A stretch of 56,110 nt of DNA, filler included, from Ionaspis alba (taxonomy: Eukaryota), in the NCBI GenBank assembly GCA_964255285.1. It is 5 parts of 5 records of this genome, joined end to end, with 100 filler letters (N's around TTAATTAATTAA, not from the genome) between each part and the next. Parts side by side here need not be neighbours in the genome. Positions count along the whole stretch, not along the records: positions 45,008 to 56,110 come from CAXUUL010000570.1; 4 more parts are not named here. One strand, written 5' to 3'. This document shows, one piece after another, positions 50,396 to 56,110 of this stretch (positions within the stretch are counted from its first letter, which is position 1; every line of letters begins with the position of its first letter). Made by a program: the position numbers and the translations under genes. The notes below the pieces were generated by a model that was not told the origin of the DNA, ran no database searches, and was given only the letters and a program-made list of their open reading frames with translations.

Positions 50396-52100
50396 TCACG
50401 AAGCGAGTGCCCAGGCTTTACTACCAATGAATATGATGGCGAGAGCAACGACTTTGGCAATGTCCATATCCCATGTACGCTGAAAGCTCTCGCTACCAGT
50501 TCGAAGGTCAACCAGATGACTGAACTGCTTCAGCCATCGAGCTGCAAAATCCGCTTCCATGAATCTTCTGGCGGATGTTCGTGCACGTAAGCGCATTTCT
50601 ATCTTCTCGCTGGCTGACAAGGATAGTGCCTTTTCGAAAGCAGCAGCATACTCCGACACGCTACTAGCATGGAATCCTGTTGGGCGACCATCAACATCAA
50701 CCACGATATCGTACTTGGGCCCACCGCTGTTGTTGACGACGCTGATGAGACCCGCTGCTTGATATTCCACGACCCCTATACCAAAATGCTCGTTCCACAT
50801 CCCATTGACTCCAATCGTGCTCCTCGCGAGCGACTTCAACATATCTGACCACGGCGCATTGCAGGCAAATTCCACTTGGTCCTTGATTTTCAGGTCATGG
50901 GCAAGCAGGCGAAGGGCGTATATTCGTTTCTCATCGTCAGAGTCGCGTACATTCCCTATTAGAAGTAGCTTGGCTCCTGAACTCGATTGCTTGGTGGTCT
51001 CTGCGCGCGAGTAAAGAAACTCCGCAAATGCTCGAAGAATCAACTCGTGATTCTTCTCAGGACGAAATTGGGCAATGTAGACGATTGTGTTCTCTCGATT
51101 GCTCTCGCCGGCCTGACTGACCTCGATGGCCTGTTCCAGCTCTTCCACGGCTACTGGAGGAAAGACTACTTCAATGACTGAAGATTTGCCTTTCTTTAGC
51201 CTACTCGGTCGCCATAGCGAACGAATATGTGCTTGTGTCCACGATGAATTCGTCATCACAACATCGGCACAACCTCCTGTCCAACCATATAATCGAGCGA
51301 ACAACTGCCAGTACCTCTTCTTGACGTACCCCTTCCAGCCCTTTCCTGCCCCTGCGTTCAGCCCCTCTCCTTTCTGCCCATCTAGAGAGCTGAGCATATC
51401 CGTCGATATCGTCGGATAATGAACATAAGCTCCCGTAGGCACGTCTGGAAACAAGTACTTGCAGAAGGCTATCGTAAACGAGTATCCCATGGTATCCACA
51501 AAGATATCAGGAACGAGCAACGAGAACGCATCGTAAGCAACCACGAGGGAGCCAAGGCTCTGGCCGAGGAGAGTAAAGTGTGGATATCTGGAAGGGAGAA
51601 CCCAATGACGCGTTATGAGATAAAGAAATTCTATATTCGAAGGATTAAGGGATATATTGAATTTCTTCTCCACTCCTTCCAACATTCTAGATTTGGTAAC
51701 CTCATGGTCACCAGTATAGACAATGCACATAGCATTAGGGTACTGCTTCTGCGTAGCTCTGATTGCAGCCCATAAGACTCGTTCGCCTCCACCACCTGCA
51801 TTACTTTCATAGATCTTGTCAGTACAGTGGGAAACCCAGACCCCCTAGAAGGTCGTCTTACCAAAACGGGTGGAAGAAGCCAACGATGCCTTTCCACTCT
51901 TCTGAGGCCTTTTCTGATATTGCTATATCGTGGTGGTTCGTGTGAGTGCCACGCCGTTGGAAATCACTCTTCATGCGTCTTCTCAACGTGTTCTTTCGAC
52001 GCAAATACCATCCAAGTGCGCGGACAGCTAATCTCAAAGCCGGAGGGGTGAGTGCTAAGACGACAAGAGCATAAAGGAACACTGGAAGGTAGATGTTCAT
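50396..52100 (-). CDS. ALG11: Alpha-1,2-mannosyltransferase Alg11 (one intron)
   Basis: VGFFHPFC/NAGGGGERVLW; YVHYPTISTDML; AQFRPEKNH; MWNEHFGIGVVEY. Confidence 0.95.
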
Positions 52101-52407
52101 GGTTGCCCTGTGCTAAGAATTATGAATAGCAACGTCGAAATGATAATTGACCAGAATTACAGAATAGTTCCCGTCCTTTCTTCCCTGAGAAAGCTGCGAG
52201 ATTTGTAATGCTGCGAAGAATAATATTTTGTGATGAAAGCTCTACATAATTCATTGCTGCAGTGAAGTCTAGCAGCCACGTGGACTGGCCCCTGAGACTC
52301 GCCATGGTTCGCGACATCACGTGCCGATGAATCTGGTCGTTAACGCTCTGCTGCCATGCTCCAGAGAAATTTCGACAAACGTAAGCAGCCTTCACCTTCC
52401 AGAGTGG

Positions 52408-53403
52408 ATGATGCTGGTGACATGGCGAGTTGGTCTCTCTCGTCACCTCTCGAGAGCATCAAAGTCAGGTATTCCCTCCATAGTCAGCGTTGGGCTCCAG
52501 TCCCGACCATTCCATGCGACTCCGCAACCACGGTTTCTTGATGCCTGCCTGTCGCAGACCCACACGCTCATTACTAGCCTACACAGCGTAACTGGACTAC
52601 CATGGGTTGCAACGCTACCATTGACGGCACTCTGTGTTCGAGGCGTCCTCATTCTCCCACTTGCCCTATATGCCAACGACACTCGGCAGCGCATGATCTC
52701 GGTCTCTCCGATCATAAATGCTTGGTCCCACATTATTCGAGCAAGAGTGTTCAAAGAGAACAAATCACTTGGGCCAGCAGCATGTCATAGACTACTGGTA
52801 GCTGGCATGTCTGCAAAAAGCAAAGAGATATACAACGATTTTGGTATCAAACCGGCTACTAGATTCGTGACTTGGTTGCAGCTGCCAGCTTGGCTTCTTG
52901 TGATTGAAACGATACGGAAGATGTGCGGCACCAACGAGGGACTATTGGGGCTGATCTCCAAGCCGTTTAAGCCGTTAGCCAACGATGCCAGTGGAGAAGC
53001 TATTATGGAGGCGACAAGAGCCACAAGCATACCCATTGAGCAAACGCTATCCACCGAAGGAGGTCTCTGGTTCACGGACTTGCTCGCCCCAGATCCGCTT
53101 CTCGTTCTTCCATTCGCTCTATCGGCGTCGCTCTTTCTCAATGTATACTACCAAGAATTCTACAATCGTTCCATCGGGTCAACGCACTCCACGTTTAGTC
53201 GCCGATTGGCAAACGTGAGTAAGGGATTGGCACTCGCTATTGGACCTTTGACATTGCAGGTTCCCACTGCTATGCTTATATATTGGCTGTCAAGCTCCGT
53301 GCTCGCGCTATTTCAGAACGTGATTATGGACAGATATCTTTCGAAGACTCCCGTCATCAAGCCATGCAAACCTAGACACCAGGTCCAATTGACAGGCCCT
53401 TGA
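52408..53403 (+). CDS. COX18: Mitochondrial inner-membrane insertase Cox18 (Oxa1/YidC family)
   Basis: Presequence-like N-terminus (..RPFHAT); HSVTGLPWVATLPL; QLPAW; EGGLWFTDL..PDP; IYWLSS. Confidence 0.85.
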   Translation: MMLVTWRVGLSRHLSRASKSGIPSIVSVGLQSRPFHATPQPRFLDACLSQTHTLITSLHSVTGLPWVATLPLTALCVRGVLILPLALYANDTRQRMISVSPIINAWSHIIRARVFKENKSLGPAACHRLLVAGMSAKSKEIYNDFGIKPATRFVTWLQLPAWLLVIETIRKMCGTNEGLLGLISKPFKPLANDASGEAIMEATRATSIPIEQTLSTEGGLWFTDLLAPDPLLVLPFALSASLFLNVYYQEFYNRSIGSTHSTFSRRLANVSKGLALAIGPLTLQVPTAMLIYWLSSSVLALFQNVIMDRYLSKTPVIKPCKPRHQVQLTGP

Positions 53404-53913
53404 TCTATGATGCTTTCGAGATGTTGTTAAGGTGGAATGGTAACGGGTTGTCCCTGTGTGGCTCATGAACCACCACCTCCTCACACTGTTGCAGTCAGGA
53501 ATGACGACTATGGTAGCCAGTCTATGGCAAAAACCCTCGGTTTAGGCAAGAATGCTTTGTCTATCTTTGACGGGGACAACCAACGTCAGTTAGCCTCGCC
53601 AAAAGGCGAAAGTGTCAGAAGGTGGCCATAGCTTTGGAGATCGCAACCACAAACACGTCGAACCAAAGGAGGCTAGAAATGACCTCGGGAACGAGAACTC
53701 CGTGGAACCTTCCTTGAAGAATATTTGAGGTTCATGTTAAGCTACTAGATGCAACGCTGAGAGTCTAAATGCCGAAAGCTGCAGATCTACAGAGATTCTC
53801 CCATTCCCTAGCGCCAAGACGCTCAAATGGACCACCAGGGTATCAGACCTAAATACGATACGTTAGAATGGACCGAAGCCCCAAGATCCTCCTATCAATA
53901 ATCCACGTCGAGA

Positions 53914-55903
53914 TCATAACTTCGATCTCAAAGGCTCTTTCCGAGCACTTGCTTCATCGTTCATCACGACTCCTCCACCGTGATCCCCTTCACCAAAGAA
54001 AATCACTTCTACCGTGAGATCGTCCCTAGCCTCCAGTCAACATGGGACACAGCCAAATGTTTTTGGGTTGTAGATGTCGTACCTATAGCGTCTAGAATAG
54101 GGACTTGGCAGAGTCAACAATGCACAAACCATGTCTCTATCTTTACCTCCCAATGCGTTCCGTATAAGATGCGTAGCAGCATTCTTGTCCTCTACTACGA
54201 ACCGCTCATCGCCACCGTTGATCTGCCACTGATCTTGTCGTAGCGGCACCCGTTGCCCATCTCCCTTCTTCTCAGTCTTGCTTAGCATACCGTCTTTTTC
54301 TACAGGTAGCGAACAATCTTTGTGACCAAACCAACTCTTCATCCACGTGGTATTCATACTTCCGCCACCACCAGTCGTTCTGCTGGCTTGTGAGTCTAGC
54401 CACTGGCCTACGAGGCCAATGACTTCTTCGTTTGTCAAGCACTCCCAAAGTCCATCGGTAGCCATGACCAGAAAGTCTCCCTTCTCAGGACTGACCTTTG
54501 TTGTAGTTACGATAGGCTCTGCGGTTACGTATGGGGGTGTCCTTAGCAGAGGCGAGGGAGACTTCCCGAAAAATGCGGCCTTCATTCTTTGTGAAGTCTC
54601 TTTGCTCCATTTGTAGACGGCGTCTCCGAAAGCACGGCTAGGTTCTAGTTGGCCAAGTATCCTCCCATTCTTGGTTACAAACTCTTCGCCAGGGTGTTCT
54701 TGACGGAGTCGAGCTATTTCCGATGGCGTGCCGCCCGTCTGATCTTCCGACAATGGGGTCGCTATCCACTTTCCACTAGGTCCTCGTGTTCCGAGTACTG
54801 CTCTCGAATCACCGGTGCATGCGACTCGTAAGAGCTTGGATTTACTGTCGTAAAAGGACAATAGTGCGCAGGCTCCAGACAGGGCTGGCGCGAGGAGTTT
54901 AGCTGCCGACTGCTTAGATCCATTTTTGATGACCTTTTCAACGCTTTCGTTGCAGATCTCGTTGTCTAGGCGAAGGAAACCTTGCTTAATGGCTGTATCG
55001 ATGGATTGTGGGCTTGGGAATTGGAGCGACGGATCCGCAGAGGCGGACTTGTACGTGGCCCTTAACTCTCGTGCAACAGTTGATATGAGAGCTTCCCGTA
55101 GCGTTGCTGATGTTATCCAACCACTGATGACTGATTAGCAAAAGCCTCCAATAACCGTTGACCCACATTTACCTGTGACCATCGAATACACCCCAAAACA
55201 TCCAATCAGAAATGGGTGACCCATCCTGAGCGACCGAAGCCGTCTCTGGAACTTCTATTATCTTTTCAGAATGATCGTCCTCAATAGGATTGTTACTTCC
55301 TAGTTGAACAACATCGTAGCGGACGACTCCCTTTCCCCGGCCGACCAAATAGGAAGCTTCAAATTGTCTCAGCTTGTGTGTAGCTTGCTCCGGAGTCAGC
55401 ATTTCCAGGACCATGCGCCCCGACTCTTCGATGTTTTTGCTCAGAGGTTCGTCGCCAAGGATATCTCCAGTATAAAACTGATCATTCTCCACCACCAAAG
55501 CACGACGTGTCGACTCAGCAGCTTCCTCCGCGGTCAGACCATTGAGCGGAGTCTGCGAAGAGGTAGAGTAGGCATGCGCTGGATTGATTGATCCTAGTAT
55601 TGAACTCGTATTGGTTGGTACCGTGCCGTTGCTCAGTGCTCCGGCTTCTGAGCTCGGCCGGCCTCGAAAAGCAAAATACGCTCCCGAAGCAATCAAAGTA
55701 GATACCAGAGCTAAAGAGAAGTTACGAAAGAGAAGAGCTGAGTGCAAGACTTGGAGAGGCTGATCTCGTTTGTGTAGACTTGATGCGGAGCGGATAATGG
55801 AGGCATGGTTGAATGACGACAGGGGCAATCCTCTCGAACTCAGCACCCTCCGTACATGAGTGCGTCGAGCAGTACGAAGAGCTTGGAAAGCTGCTCGACG
55901 CAT
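53914..55903 (-). CDS. PTC5: Mitochondrial PP2C-type phosphatase Ptc5 (two introns), ending in SKL
   Basis: SNNPIEDD; GVFDGH; ACTGDSRAVLG; LEPSRAFGD; VMATDGLW; YRDDLTV; last exon ...EPLRSKL*. Confidence 0.93.
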
Positions 55904-56110
55904 CGAGATGGAAGGTACACAAGGCCGGGCGAGAGTGAGCTGCGTGGAGAATGTAGCTCAAGTCATCCAACGGATCGCGTGTACAACTACCAGAGCCGTT
56001 AGACTTGCACCTACTTTACCGACAAGGTTATCGGGATGCTTGGCAGATCTTCGCTTAGATTAGCGGCGATCTTGCATTATGACTTGTGCGTCATTTGCCA
56101 AACATAAGAT

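Overview
Eukaryotic DNA from a filamentous ascomycete (Pezizomycotina-type genes, short GT-AG introns with CTRAC-like branch points). The window is not one locus. It is five unrelated contigs of descending length (11232, 11165, 11106, 11104, 11103 bp) joined by artificial N44-TTAATTAATTAA-N44 linkers, with several internal N gaps. Contig 1: P/Q-rich protein, USO1, RAT1, AT-rich end with a MITE-like element. Contig 2: DSC3 (partial), RVB1, a pseudogene, RIB2-like deaminase, SnoaL-like protein, GPI-type protein, STN1, Cys-rich membrane protein. Contig 3: RAP1, SWF1, MFS transporter, CCT5, HP1. Contig 4 (accessory-like): calpain-like protease, HET-domain protein, DUF4188 protein, repeat-bearing orphan. 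Contig 5: two small orphan paralogues, palA/RIM20, ALG11, COX18, PTC5. The strongest unusual signal is in the last intron of the SnoaL-like gene. An in-frame alternative 5' splice site would add a 34-aa insert with 10 Trp, and that site is base-paired in a 14-bp hairpin to a strand containing ACTTACCTG, the U1 snRNA recognition sequence. Other signals: a long hairpin in an enlarged RAT1 intron, a HET protein with a hydrophobic insert facing a calpain-like gene, and two tandem orphans sharing an NGTLDAA motif. All gene identities come from motif recognition by eye; no database search was run.
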